Source of the DNA: Acidobacteriota bacterium
Lineage (GTDB): Bacteria > Acidobacteriota > CAIWXX01
Direction of reading: 5' to 3'
Length of the DNA: 64,000 nt
Assembly: GCA_040755995.1 (NCBI GenBank)
Contig: JBFMAF010000010.1
Coordinates: 1-64,000 of the forward strand
Made by a program: the position numbers and the translations under genes. The notes under the pieces are model-generated. The model was not told where the DNA came from. It made no database searches and saw nothing but the letters and a program-made list of their open reading frames with translations. Positions within the stretch are counted from its first letter, which is position 1; each line of letters opens with the position of its first letter. This document shows positions 20,901-29,841 of the stretch, piece after piece.

Positions 20901-23220
20901 CGCGGTCCACTTGAATGGACAGACCACTTTCCCAGAGCCCTGCCTCCCCGAGCAGGCCTTCCTCTCCCTTCAGCCCTTCGTAGTCGAACGCTAGCAAGCC
21001 GCAGTCTTCAAGATTAGGGGCCGTGACGCGCCAGCCCCGCTGCAAGTCGCGGTAGAGGTAGTAGTCGAGGACACGACGCATCGCATCGTTCGTGGCGTTC
21101 CTCGCGGGGCCTCGCACGTCCGGGTCTGCGGCGTATTCATCGAACCGCAGATGAAGCACGTCAAAGACACTGCGCGAGAGTTCGGCATGGCCGAGTCCAC
21201 TGGCGCCCTTCTCCTGCGTCGCTTTATGCAATGCGGAGCGCAGCAGGGCGACCTGGGCGAAATCGTTGAAGTGCCCGGCCTGGAGGGAGGCGTCCTGCCG
21301 GTTGTCCGTGAAGCTGAGGAGCTTGCGGGCCTCAGGCTTGAGCTCTCGGTCGGCCTGCAATTCGATGAGTGACCGGACGGCTAGAATCGTCGTCGCTGTG
21401 CTCCGGCTGTCCACGCCGAGGGTGGCCAGCTTGCCGCGCTCTGAGCGTTGCGCCTTGGTGTAGGCAACGCCGCAGGAGAGACAGAACAGGAAGCTGCCGC
21501 GGATCAGCGCAGCCGGGATGCCTTGGCCTTCAGACACGAGGCGGCCGGCAACATCGATGAAGATCGGGTCGGGAAGATCGCGGCGCACGTCAGGGCGCAC
21601 GCGTTCAGCGCCATGCGCCGTCGTCTCCTTCATGAATGCGGGCAGTCGATCCAGAAGGGAGGGACCCTCGGTCCGTGGCCAGGGCGCGGACTCGGACATG
21701 TAGAGATAGGCATCGTTGCTTCCGTCGTCGTCCTCCTCACGCCGGTCTTCCCTGGGAAACAGATACTTGCCGTTCTCGGCAGAGACCACCTTCACGCGGT
21801 AGTAGGCAGTGCCGCAGTGGCGACAGAACACCAGAGGGAACAGTGGCTTGTCGGGCTCGCCGGGCTTGGAGCCTTTCTTCGACATTTCCAGGTGGCGTGC
21901 GGGTTCTGGCTCGATGGTGGCCCACACGGTATCGCCACGGGTGAAGAACTGGTGCAGGCGGAACGCGAAGATGGGGAAACGACTTGATGCACTGGACCGC
22001 AGCTCCGAGCCCTTCAGCAAGAACCGGCGCAGCACCGCCGCGCACTGTGAGGGACTGGTCGAGGTCAAGGTCGCGAGCTCCTCCGCCGCACTGCCCTCAC
22101 CCTGCAATCGCCGAGGGGCCTGCCTCACGAGTCGCTCACTCCCACCTTCAGCACGCACACCGAATGTGGACTCGATCCAAGCGGCCAACGGGTGAAGTCG
22201 GAATTCATCGTAGGTGGCAGGCGGGCTTGCATCCGTTTCGATCGTCTCTCGAAGGGCTTGGATCACCTGTTGATCGCTGAAATCCGCTTCCGGCGTGGCG
22301 CGCTCCAGGGTCTCTCCGACAATCTGTGAAGCGTCGAATGGAACGCCGAAGAGCGTCTGTGCAACCTTGGCCACTTCGAGTCTCTGTTGTTCCACGGGAC
22401 CGCCGCTGACCATCGTCGCGGACGTGCCGATGCAGATGATATCTCCACCAGCGAACGCGAGCCGACAGCGACGGATCAACAGAGCTACGTCAGCCCCCTG
22501 CCGACCGCGATAGGTGTGCAATTCGTCGAAGACCAGGAAGCGAAGCCCATGCGCGGCACGCACGAGGTCGCGGTCCTCGATGCGGGTGAGCAGCAGCTCG
22601 AGCATCATGTAGTTCGTGAGCAAGATATCCGGTGGGTGGGCCCGGACCGCCTCGTGTTCAGGGCCTTTTTCCTGGCCCGTAAAGCGAGCGAAGGTGACCG
22701 GTGGCCTGCCCTCCGGATAGCCCTTCTGAAGGAACTTGCTGAGTTCTTCGTCCTGGCTGTTGGCCAGGGCGTTCATCGGGTAGACCACGATTGCCTGGAT
22801 GCCGCGGCCGGAGCCCCTGCGCAGAATGTGGTCAACAATCGGCACTATGTAGGTCAGGCTCTTTCCTGATCCCGTGCCGCTCGTCAGCACGAAAGACTTG
22901 TCTTCCTTGGCTTTGAGGATCGCCTCTCGTTGATGGGCGTGGAGCACCAGCTGTTTCCCCACGTGATCGGTGTCAGACTTGTCGATCCGGAAGATCCTCG
23001 CGCACTCGGGGTGAAGCACTCCCTGCGCAACCAAGTCGTCGATCGTCCCTCCCGGCTGGAAGGTCGGATTGAGCTGCAAAAGCGGCTCCGGCCAAAACGC
23101 CCCTGCATTCAGCTCGCTATCCACCTTGGTGGAGATGCGCGAATCGGCGATCTTGATGAAGCTGCGAGTGTAGCTCGAGTAGTCGGCAACGAGTCGATCA
23201 CGCAAGTCGAATACGTTCAT
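17974..23220 (-). CDS. large DEAD/DEAH helicase with Zn fingers, DUF1998 and C-terminal DUF559/Vsr-like nuclease domain
   Basis: TSGTGSGKS, DELH, SAT, TMELGVDI, QRSGRAGR; EGGAG...C...CGKACYECL (DUF1998); SQLE...RPDFY...YVDGPPH...GYIVIRF. Confidence 0.92.
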   Translation of the reverse strand: MNVFDLRDRLVADYSSYTRSFIKIADSRISTKVDSELNAGAFWPEPLLQLNPTFQPGGTIDDLVAQGVLHPECARIFRIDKSDTDHVGKQLVLHAHQREAILKAKEDKSFVLTSGTGSGKSLTYIVPIVDHILRRGSGRGIQAIVVYPMNALANSQDEELSKFLQKGYPEGRPPVTFARFTGQEKGPEHEAVRAHPPDILLTNYMMLELLLTRIEDRDLVRAAHGLRFLVFDELHTYRGRQGADVALLIRRCRLAFAGGDIICIGTSATMVSGGPVEQQRLEVAKVAQTLFGVPFDASQIVGETLERATPEADFSDQQVIQALRETIETDASPPATYDEFRLHPLAAWIESTFGVRAEGGSERLVRQAPRRLQGEGSAAEELATLTSTSPSQCAAVLRRFLLKGSELRSSASSRFPIFAFRLHQFFTRGDTVWATIEPEPARHLEMSKKGSKPGEPDKPLFPLVFCRHCGTAYYRVKVVSAENGKYLFPREDRREEDDDGSNDAYLYMSESAPWPRTEGPSLLDRLPAFMKETTAHGAERVRPDVRRDLPDPIFIDVAGRLVSEGQGIPAALIRGSFLFCLSCGVAYTKAQRSERGKLATLGVDSRSTATTILAVRSLIELQADRELKPEARKLLSFTDNRQDASLQAGHFNDFAQVALLRSALHKATQEKGASGLGHAELSRSVFDVLHLRFDEYAADPDVRGPARNATNDAMRRVLDYYLYRDLQRGWRVTAPNLEDCGLLAFDYEGLKGEEGLLGEAGLWESGLSIQVDRENARFVETPPPLRACPPDLREELLHTLLDVLRRSLAIKVDVLDPQKQLDLVEQTAPRLQEGTVWYLEDVRELVKSVVAYPRPKQREDRSGLFVSSYGLYGRYLKRSLAPYVAQGQSFGREEVDQVIGFLLLALKRYGIVEQVRSGEVPGYQINPGALRWLHATGEVRPVDRTRLLESGEIPPEVNRYFVECYRGFVDLKCVLEAREHTAQVASEDREDREVRFRSGELPLLFCSPTMELGVDIAQLNLVNLRNVPPTPANYAQRSGRAGRGGQPALVYTYCAGRSPHDQYYFREPTHMVAGSVAPPRIDIRNRDLVRSHVHAIWMEVAKPDLGKTLTTVLELAPVDGKLQLPVKDTIARELRGPAHRAAALVRINQLVDSIRDELSSSQWFHDNWTTEVLDQIERSFDASCERWRSLYRAAVRQRELHHRIIGDHSRPQVERDHSRRLRAQAESQIRLLTEAEGIYEGDFYSYRYFASEGFLPGYNFPRLPLSAYVPGRRLRKGRDEFVSRPRFLAISEFGPRALIYHEGARYQVYKVNLDFGSDDLEAAHQLATGTMKRCRKCGYAHLGQGTNLAELCERCGSALDGRAKIEHLVHLQNVSLKLAQRITCDEEERRRFGYNIVSSYRFPEIGGRQDRRDAEVYRDGVLVMRLSYGNATDLYRVNLGWANERGKPPGFNLDLERGYWSRNQADEEDVDDAVAHGRLQRVVPYVQDTKNALVMRLEPVRSGPEMASIQAAFKEAIQKHFQLEPRELACEAMPSPSDRKEILYYEASEGGAGVLRQIAEDPAVLPALARRALEICHFDPETLEDKGAQTCGKACYECLLDYGNQPDHKDLDRSLIRDLLSELSQAECRPAGGAGSRAERMTALRKRCDSQLEKRWLDMVDVLMLRPPSDAQYLVESCSTRPDFYYSEHNAAIYVDGPPHDEPDQLREDEAVTHRLMEMGYIVIRFHHKADWNEIFRRHPDIFGTPRA

Positions 23221-23652
23221 ATGCCCGTCCTTGAGAATCTCTCGCCCTGTGCGGGTGGACCAAGGTCGCTAGGCCGCGCAACAAGCACTGTCGGAGCACC
23301 CTCCGCCTGCTTCAACTATGCGCCCATTCTCCCACAGAACCGCGAGAGATTCCAGGGCGGCGCATGCGTAAGGGGTCCTCGCTCCCCTACCAGGTATCGA
23401 GGGGCTGCGAGTTTCCATCCCGAACAAGTAAGCGCCGTCTCTAAGCCGACCCAACTTCTGAGGAGGTACAGCCGTGGCCCAGGCCATGAGCTCACCAGCG
23501 CCCGCAGGTACATTGATGCCCGGAATGGAGCCTTCTACGTATGTAGTAGGTGTACCGTGCTTTGTACCGTACATCCCGCATCCCACGTGGAACCCACTGG
23601 CGGTCCGACGGGTCTCCGCGTACCTACAGGTGTCTCATTCCGCGAGATGTAC

Positions 23653-23730
23653 TGGGGTGAGCGAGGGGAATTGAACCCCCAACGACTGGATCCACAGTCC
23701 AGTGCTCTGCCAGATTGAGCTACGCTCACC
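23653..23730 (-). tRNA. tRNA-His(GUG)
   Basis: G-1, GTGAGCG/CGCTCAC acceptor stem, CTGGA-CTGTGGA-TCCAG anticodon arm, TTCAATT T loop, C73, CCA. Confidence 0.97.
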
Positions 23731-23743
23731 GCGGGCGAGCGGG

Positions 23744-23772
23744 ATTATAGCGGAGCGAACTCAGCGCGTCAA
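23744..23772 (-). promoter_or_regulatory. sigma70 promoter of tRNA-His
   Basis: TTGACG-17 bp-TATAAT followed by a GC-rich discriminator. Confidence 0.8.
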
Positions 23773-23852
23773 TTTGGCGTAAGGTAATCTCGAATGTGAT
23801 AATATGTTTTGTTTTTGCGATGCGACTAGTTGAAAGCGGCGGAATCAGGCGA

Positions 23853-25034
23853 ATGTTCAAGCCCGGACGCGCAGTCACGGCTGGGTTCGTGACACGCACC
23901 GGAGCGGCTCTGGTGGTTCTCTCCATCGTGCTCTCCTCCGTCGCCACACGCGCCGGCGAGGACTCCGACCGGCAGCGGCGATTGGAGGAGATCCAGGGAC
24001 AGATCAACGGGGTCCGGGACGCGGTGGACAAGCAGGCGTCGAAGGAGCGGTCGGAGCTGGCGCAGCTGGAGCAGATCGAGCGGATCGAGCGACTGCTGGC
24101 CGAGCAGCTCAAGGTGCTGGACGAGGCCGTCGACGAGCAGCAGCTGAGGGTGGAGGATGCCGAGCGGAGGCTCGCAGTTCTCCGCGTGGATTTCGACGCG
24201 AAGAAGGCAGCGCTCAAGGAACGACTGGTCGTTCTCTACAAGATGGGCGAGATGAGCTACGCGCGGCTGCTGCTGGCAGTCGAGGAGGCCGATGATCTCG
24301 CGTACGCCTATGCATACCTCTCGAAGATGATCGACGGGGACAGGCAGAAGGTGGAGGCGTACCGCAAGGCGGCCGAGGATCTTCAGGTGGAGAGGACCGG
24401 GTACGAGAAGAAGGCCGCCGAGCTGGCCGAGCTGCGCCGGATCAACACGCTGAAGCGATCGGAGCTCCAGTCCGAACGCCAGAAGCGCCAGCGCGCGATC
24501 GAACAGATTCGCGGGGAGAAAGTCCGCTACCTGCAGACGCTGGCCGAGCTCGAGGCGGCCGCCGTCCAGCTCCGCAAGATGCTCAACGAGATGCCCCCAT
24601 CCATGGAGTCTCTCAGCCTGGCCAAGTACAAGGGGTCGATCAGGTGGCCGCATCGCGGAAAGGTCACGCTGACATTCGGACTGCACAAGCATCCGCAGTT
24701 CCATACGATCACGATCCAGAACGGGATCGATATCGACGCGACGTTCGGTGATGAGGTGGTCGCCGTGCACGGCGGCCGGGTTGTTTTCTGCGATTGGTTT
24801 CGCGGGTATGGCAACATCGTCATCATCGAACATGGCGACAAATTCTTCACGCTCTATGCACACCTGTCCAGATTCGCCACTGCCCTCGGAGACCTGGTCG
24901 TGCCGGGACAGGTTATCGGGTACGCCGGCGACACAGGCTCGATCAAGGGCGCATATCTCTACTTCGAGCTGAGGCACGGCGAGAAGCCGCTCAACCCGCT
25001 GGACTGGTTGGAAAAGAGGAAGCATGCTGGATAG
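23853..25034 (+). CDS. envC: EnvC-like murein hydrolase activator (coiled coil + degenerate M23)
   Basis: signal/TM segment, long coiled coil, WPHRG...NGIDI...GYGNIVIIEH...LYAHL...LYFELR...NPLDWL. Confidence 0.85.
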   Translation: MFKPGRAVTAGFVTRTGAALVVLSIVLSSVATRAGEDSDRQRRLEEIQGQINGVRDAVDKQASKERSELAQLEQIERIERLLAEQLKVLDEAVDEQQLRVEDAERRLAVLRVDFDAKKAALKERLVVLYKMGEMSYARLLLAVEEADDLAYAYAYLSKMIDGDRQKVEAYRKAAEDLQVERTGYEKKAAELAELRRINTLKRSELQSERQKRQRAIEQIRGEKVRYLQTLAELEAAAVQLRKMLNEMPPSMESLSLAKYKGSIRWPHRGKVTLTFGLHKHPQFHTITIQNGIDIDATFGDEVVAVHGGRVVFCDWFRGYGNIVIIEHGDKFFTLYAHLSRFATALGDLVVPGQVIGYAGDTGSIKGAYLYFELRHGEKPLNPLDWLEKRKHAG

Positions 25035-26172
25035 AAAGCGCAAGATCGTCTTCGCCGTATCGGTGGCAGCCGTCCTCTTCTTTGCCGCCGGCAATTTCGT
25101 CGCGACGAAGATGGACTCGAAAACACCCTTCCGCCCGCTCTCCATCTTCGGCGAGGTGATCAGCTACGTGAGCACCGACTACGTGGAAGACGTGGACGAG
25201 AGGAAGGCGATGCGCGGCGCCTTCGCGGGGTTCATGGAGGGTCTCGACCCCATGTGCGACTTCATCGAGAAGGAAGAGATCCCGCGCTACGACTCGGTGC
25301 TGGCCCAGGCTCGCACTCACCCCGTCGCTGTGACCAGACGCTACGGGTATGCATACGTCATGCAGGTTCTCCCGGGCTCCACCGCCGACCAGGACGGATT
25401 GAAGCGAGGCGACTACATTCGCGCTATCGATCACAAGTCCACCCGCGAGATGAGCCTGTTCCAGATCAGAGATGCCCTGGTTTCGCAGCATACGTCGGAG
25501 CTGATGGTGGTGCGCGACAACTGGCGTGCAGATCCTATATTGATCACGCTGCACCCGGCGGCCGCTCGCCCCGGCCCGTCAGCGAAAGTAGCACGGCGTG
25601 ACGGCACGACCATCGTGACAGTAACGCGGTTGCGCAGCGGAGCCTCCGGAGTGCTCCGAACTGCGCTGCTCGAGATGAAAGCCGCCGGAGCCCTCAACAG
25701 CGGTCGACTGGTGCTCGACCTGAGAGGCTGCGTCGGAGACGACTATGACGAGGCGGTGCGGCTTATCGCCAGGCTCGTCGGCGACGGCGACCTCGCCTCG
25801 CGACGCGGACGGGCCGCCAAACCTGATTCCTACAAGGCGGATCCGGCGGCCTACATAGGAACACCGCGATGCGTGCTGCTCGTGGATGGGTTCACGTGCG
25901 GAGCCGCTGAGATCGTAGCTGCGTCTCTGAAGTCGCGAGGACTCGCGAAGATCTTCGGTGACAAGACCTACGGCTACACGCGCGAGCAACGCCTGTATCT
26001 GCTTTCAGACGGCTCCGGCGCCGTGCTCTCGACCTATGAATGGACGCCTCCCGACGGCAGCACCATCACCGGGAAAGGAGTCGACCCGGACGTACCGCGT
26101 GAACCCAAGCCGGATGCAGAGCTGCCGGATCCATTGCTGGACGACGCCATTCGATATCTCCTGGTAGAGTGA
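25024..26172 (+). CDS. S41 (CtpA-like) PDZ protease homolog, catalytic residues apparently substituted
   Basis: YVEDVD, PDZ-like GLKRGDYI, LVLDLR, TCGAAEI, GDKTYG, ITGKGVDPDV; envC-ctpA-yibQ synteny. Confidence 0.85.
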   Translation: MLDRKRKIVFAVSVAAVLFFAAGNFVATKMDSKTPFRPLSIFGEVISYVSTDYVEDVDERKAMRGAFAGFMEGLDPMCDFIEKEEIPRYDSVLAQARTHPVAVTRRYGYAYVMQVLPGSTADQDGLKRGDYIRAIDHKSTREMSLFQIRDALVSQHTSELMVVRDNWRADPILITLHPAAARPGPSAKVARRDGTTIVTVTRLRSGASGVLRTALLEMKAAGALNSGRLVLDLRGCVGDDYDEAVRLIARLVGDGDLASRRGRAAKPDSYKADPAAYIGTPRCVLLVDGFTCGAAEIVAASLKSRGLAKIFGDKTYGYTREQRLYLLSDGSGAVLSTYEWTPPDGSTITGKGVDPDVPREPKPDAELPDPLLDDAIRYLLVE

Positions 26173-27425
26173 GCCGAGCTAGAAGCAAGAGTTCGCGGGC
26201 CGGACGTTCCGCATCCGCTCCGCGCAAGCCGCGGAGACGGCGGAGCTACGCCAGGTGGATCGTGCTCGCGGTCGCCCTGGCTACGATAGCCGGATCCGCC
26301 GGCGCATACCTGTACCATGATTACCGCGGGTTCGAGACCGGCACAAATTCGGTGGTCTTTCGCCGGCTCTACCCGGACAGCTACTTCCAATCGGCGCAGC
26401 GTCGGCTGAACGCGGAGCTCGTGAGGTTTCTCAAGGATGAGGCCGGCATCCGGGAGTCGGACGTGACGGAGACGAGAGTGGATCTCAGCGATGCGCATGG
26501 GGCCTACCAGAAGATACACTGGCGGATCACATGGCGTGGGGGCCTGTCTCTGTCGGGGCTCGCTCGCGAGCTCCGCGGACTGGTCGGCCGAGACGGTTGG
26601 CAGGTGGGCAATGAGCGGGTCGAGCCGCGGGAGTGGGGGGAATACTTCTACCTCGAGCTTGCCATAGCGGGCCGCGTCAGCCACAGCCTGCTGGCGATTG
26701 TCGAACGTCGCAGGCTCGATCCAGAGGAGATCGTCGGGGCGCGCCTAGGTGACGCGCCCCGGTCGGCGCGCGCGGCTATCATCATCGACGACGCCGGGTT
26801 CAACCTGGCGCTCGCTCGCGCGTTCGTGCAGTTGCGAGCTCCGATCGCCGTTTCCGTGCTGCCCTACCTGCCCGATTCGGTCGGCTGCGCCGAGGCCGCG
26901 CACGACGCTGGCAAGGAGGTGATGGTGCACCTGCCCATGGAACCATGGAACTACCCGACGGAGGACCCCGGGCCGGGCGCCATTTTCAGAAGCATGACTT
27001 CCGAAGAGGCCCGGCGCGCCACGCTGAACGCGATCGAAGCCGTTCCGTTCGCCGTCGGGATGAACAACCACATGGGATCGCGCGTCACCACCTATCCCCG
27101 CCTGATGGAGGTCGTGCTTCGGGTCGCCAAGGATCAGGGGATCTTCTTCGTGGACAGCAGGACGACGACCACCAGCAAGGGACTCGAGATCGCGAGAAGG
27201 ATTGGAGTCCGCTCGGCCAGCCGCCAGGTGTTTGTGGACGACATCTTCGATTCGTATTACATTGGGAAGATGATCGAACAGCTCTTCGCGACGGCGAGAC
27301 GCGACGGCCAGGCGATAGCGATCGGCCATATGAACCCCGTGACCCTGGAGGCGCTCCGGGCCAATCTTTGGAAGGCGGAGCGGTACGACGTCCGGCTCTG
27401 CAGCGTCAGCGAGCTGGTGAAGTGA
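26169..27425 (+). CDS. divergent polysaccharide deacetylase (YibQ-like)
   Basis: AIIIDDAG, VMVHLPMEP, GMNNHMGS, FFVDSRT, AIAIGH. Confidence 0.92.
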   Translation: MSRARSKSSRAGRSASAPRKPRRRRSYARWIVLAVALATIAGSAGAYLYHDYRGFETGTNSVVFRRLYPDSYFQSAQRRLNAELVRFLKDEAGIRESDVTETRVDLSDAHGAYQKIHWRITWRGGLSLSGLARELRGLVGRDGWQVGNERVEPREWGEYFYLELAIAGRVSHSLLAIVERRRLDPEEIVGARLGDAPRSARAAIIIDDAGFNLALARAFVQLRAPIAVSVLPYLPDSVGCAEAAHDAGKEVMVHLPMEPWNYPTEDPGPGAIFRSMTSEEARRATLNAIEAVPFAVGMNNHMGSRVTTYPRLMEVVLRVAKDQGIFFVDSRTTTTSKGLEIARRIGVRSASRQVFVDDIFDSYYIGKMIEQLFATARRDGQAIAIGHMNPVTLEALRANLWKAERYDVRLCSVSELVK

Positions 27426-27465
27426 GGGCTCTCGGCGAGGGCTGAAGCAGAAAGGCAAGAGCTAC

Positions 27466-28248
27466 ATGCTGGAAACACTCGGGCTCGATCAGAAGCTCTC
27501 GAAGGAAGAGTACGCGTCGCGGATGGAGAGGCTGAACCCGCGCCTCAATCTCCTGCAGCGCCAGACCACGGATGCGAAGATGCCGGTTGTCCTGGTCTTC
27601 GAGGGGTGGGAGGCGTCTGGCAAGGGCACGTGCATCAATCAACTGGTCGAATGGTTGGATCCGAGGCGGTTCAGGGTTTACCCGATCTTCGCGCCGACCC
27701 CCGACGAGCAGCACTACCCGTGGATGAGCCGGTTCTGGCAGAAGATACCGAGCAGCCGGGAATGGGCCATATTCGACCGTAGCTGGTATCGGAGGGTGCT
27801 GGTGGAGCGCGTGGACAGGCTGGTTCACGAAGCCGTCTGGCAGGCGGCCTTCAACGAGATCAACGCCTTCGAGCGACAGCTCTGCGACGGCGGCTACGTC
27901 GTGATGAAGTTCTGGCTGCACATTACGAAGAAGGAGCAGCTCAAGCGGTTCGAGAAGCTCGAAGAGGACGAGTACTCGCGATGGGCCGTAACTGACGAGG
28001 ATCGTCGAGAAAACTCGGAGTACGCGCAGTATGTGGCGGCGATCGAGGACATGCTCGTGAAGACGAGCACCTATCATGCGCCGTGGACGATCGTCGAGGC
28101 GATGAACAGGCGGTTCAGGCAGGCCAAGGTGTCGCAGACCATCGTGGAGACGCTCGAATGGAAGCTGCGTGAGCGCAGCCCGGACGTCTACGCGGCCTAT
28201 GTCGAGACGACGAAGCTGATCGACGAAGCGGCTGAGAAGAAGGCATAG
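27466..28248 (+). CDS. ppk2: polyphosphate kinase 2 family
   Basis: FEGWEASGKG, FDRSWY, KFWLHITKKEQLKR, APWTIVE. Confidence 0.9.
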   Translation: MLETLGLDQKLSKEEYASRMERLNPRLNLLQRQTTDAKMPVVLVFEGWEASGKGTCINQLVEWLDPRRFRVYPIFAPTPDEQHYPWMSRFWQKIPSSREWAIFDRSWYRRVLVERVDRLVHEAVWQAAFNEINAFERQLCDGGYVVMKFWLHITKKEQLKRFEKLEEDEYSRWAVTDEDRRENSEYAQYVAAIEDMLVKTSTYHAPWTIVEAMNRRFRQAKVSQTIVETLEWKLRERSPDVYAAYVETTKLIDEAAEKKA

Positions 28249-28306
28249 CGGCTGCGAGAGGCGTCGTCGGCTTGGCCTGGCGGAATCCACCCACGCGCGG
28301 GGGGCC

Positions 28307-29524
28307 TCAAAGAGCAGCGAACGGCATGGCTGTGGTGCCCGGTCCGAGGGGTAGGATGATGTCGCCGGGATGCACGAGGTAGCCGGAGCCGGCCCGCTTG
28401 CCGATGTCTTTTTGAAACAGCCCGATCGAGTGCGCGAGCGCAGGCCGCGGTGTGGCCGAGAGCTTGACATCGATCGGTATTAGCCGCCCGGCGGCGTCGA
28501 CGACCACATCCACTTCCTCACCGGTCGACGTTCGCCAGAAGTAGATCTCGGGGTCCAATCCGCGATGGACGAACCGCTTCATGATTTCCGAAATTACGGC
28601 CGTCTCGAAAATCGCGCCCGTCATGGGACCCGCCGCCGCGTGCTCAGGATCTCGCAGGCCCGAGAGGTGGCACAAAGTGCCTGTGTCAGTGAAGTACACC
28701 TTGGGCGTTTTCACCAGCCGCTTGCCGATGTTCGCGAAGTATGGCCTCAAGACGATCACCTGGTGTGTCGCCTCCAGGACCGACAGCCATGCTTTTGCCG
28801 TGTTCACAGCCACACCCAGATCTCGCGATACGTCAGAGAGGTTCAGGAGCTGGCAGCTTCTGGCCGCAAGAACTCGAAGAAAATTCTGGAACAAGGTCAG
28901 GTCTCCGACCTGGCGCAGGGAACGAACATCGCGTTCCAGATACGTTTGGACGTAGCTCGAGTGCCAGAGTGAGATGTCCCGAGCCGGTTCGTCCGCGAGC
29001 TCAGGATAGCCACCTCGCAGAAACGCTCTCCAGAGATCCATGTAGGCAATGTCCACCTTGCCTTTGCGACGGTCCCGCGCCTCCCACGCAAGGACTTTGT
29101 CGGGAGTGCCGGCGAGCTCGCTGTAGGATAGCGGTAGCAGGCGCAATACCGCTGCCCGCCCCGCCAAGGATTCCGTGACGCGCTGCATCAGAAGGAGGTT
29201 TTGCGAGCCACTCAGCAGGAACTGACCGCGTTTCGATCGCTGAGAGTCGATCCGTTCCTTGACGTAGGGAAGCAGGCCCGCCGCGTAGTGAATCTCGTCC
29301 AGAATGACAGGGGGCGGGTGCAGTTCCAGGAATCCGCGAGGATCAGCCGCGGCGGCAGCGTGCACGTCGGGAGGTTCGAGAGACACGTATCCGTAATCGT
29401 CGCCGAAGAGATGCTTGAGAAGCGTCGTCTTGCCTGACTGGCGCGGTCCTGTGAGCACCACAGCGGGGAACTCCCTGGCTGCCCGCCTGATGACCGTCTC
29501 CAGCGAGCGTTGGATGTATGACAT
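28307..29524 (-). CDS. AAA_14 ATPase with DUF4143
   Basis: GPRQSGKTT, ILDEI, GGYPE, YLERDV, KRLVKTPKVYFTDTG, YFWRT...EVD. Confidence 0.92.
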   Translation of the reverse strand: MSYIQRSLETVIRRAAREFPAVVLTGPRQSGKTTLLKHLFGDDYGYVSLEPPDVHAAAAADPRGFLELHPPPVILDEIHYAAGLLPYVKERIDSQRSKRGQFLLSGSQNLLLMQRVTESLAGRAAVLRLLPLSYSELAGTPDKVLAWEARDRRKGKVDIAYMDLWRAFLRGGYPELADEPARDISLWHSSYVQTYLERDVRSLRQVGDLTLFQNFLRVLAARSCQLLNLSDVSRDLGVAVNTAKAWLSVLEATHQVIVLRPYFANIGKRLVKTPKVYFTDTGTLCHLSGLRDPEHAAAGPMTGAIFETAVISEIMKRFVHRGLDPEIYFWRTSTGEEVDVVVDAAGRLIPIDVKLSATPRPALAHSIGLFQKDIGKRAGSGYLVHPGDIILPLGPGTTAMPFAAL

Positions 29525-29841
29525 TTGGTTTTTGTCCTCCAGTCCACATGCAATTATGCATTTCAAATGCAAATCTGCAAGCCCTTTCTGCCTGTGAATC
29601 GCGACCGGCGCCCGTCCACGATACGCGGGATCGCCAGCGGCTTGCGGCGCCCGCCGCGGGGATCACAGGCCGGCGGACTGAGGCAAGGTGCACGTGCGGC
29701 GCCGACTCAGAACGAGACCCGCACCCCTGCGCGCGCGGTGCGCGGCGAAATCAGGCCTTTGACGACAGGAGCGTTGGGATGGCCATCCACCTGCTGCGGA
29801 GGTGCTGCTGCCTACGGCAGCGCCCGGCGCGCGACCGGGCG

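Larger units (their letters stand above)
1..23652. mobile_element. genomic/defence island adjacent to the tRNA-His 3' end (other boundary not seen)
   Basis: recombinase, TA and defence genes lie immediately downstream of tRNA-His; housekeeping envC cluster on the other side. Confidence 0.7.

Noticed and set aside
1..23652. direct-repeat copy of the tRNA-His 3' end marking the far island boundary
   Set aside because: not found by eye within the window; the boundary probably lies further left
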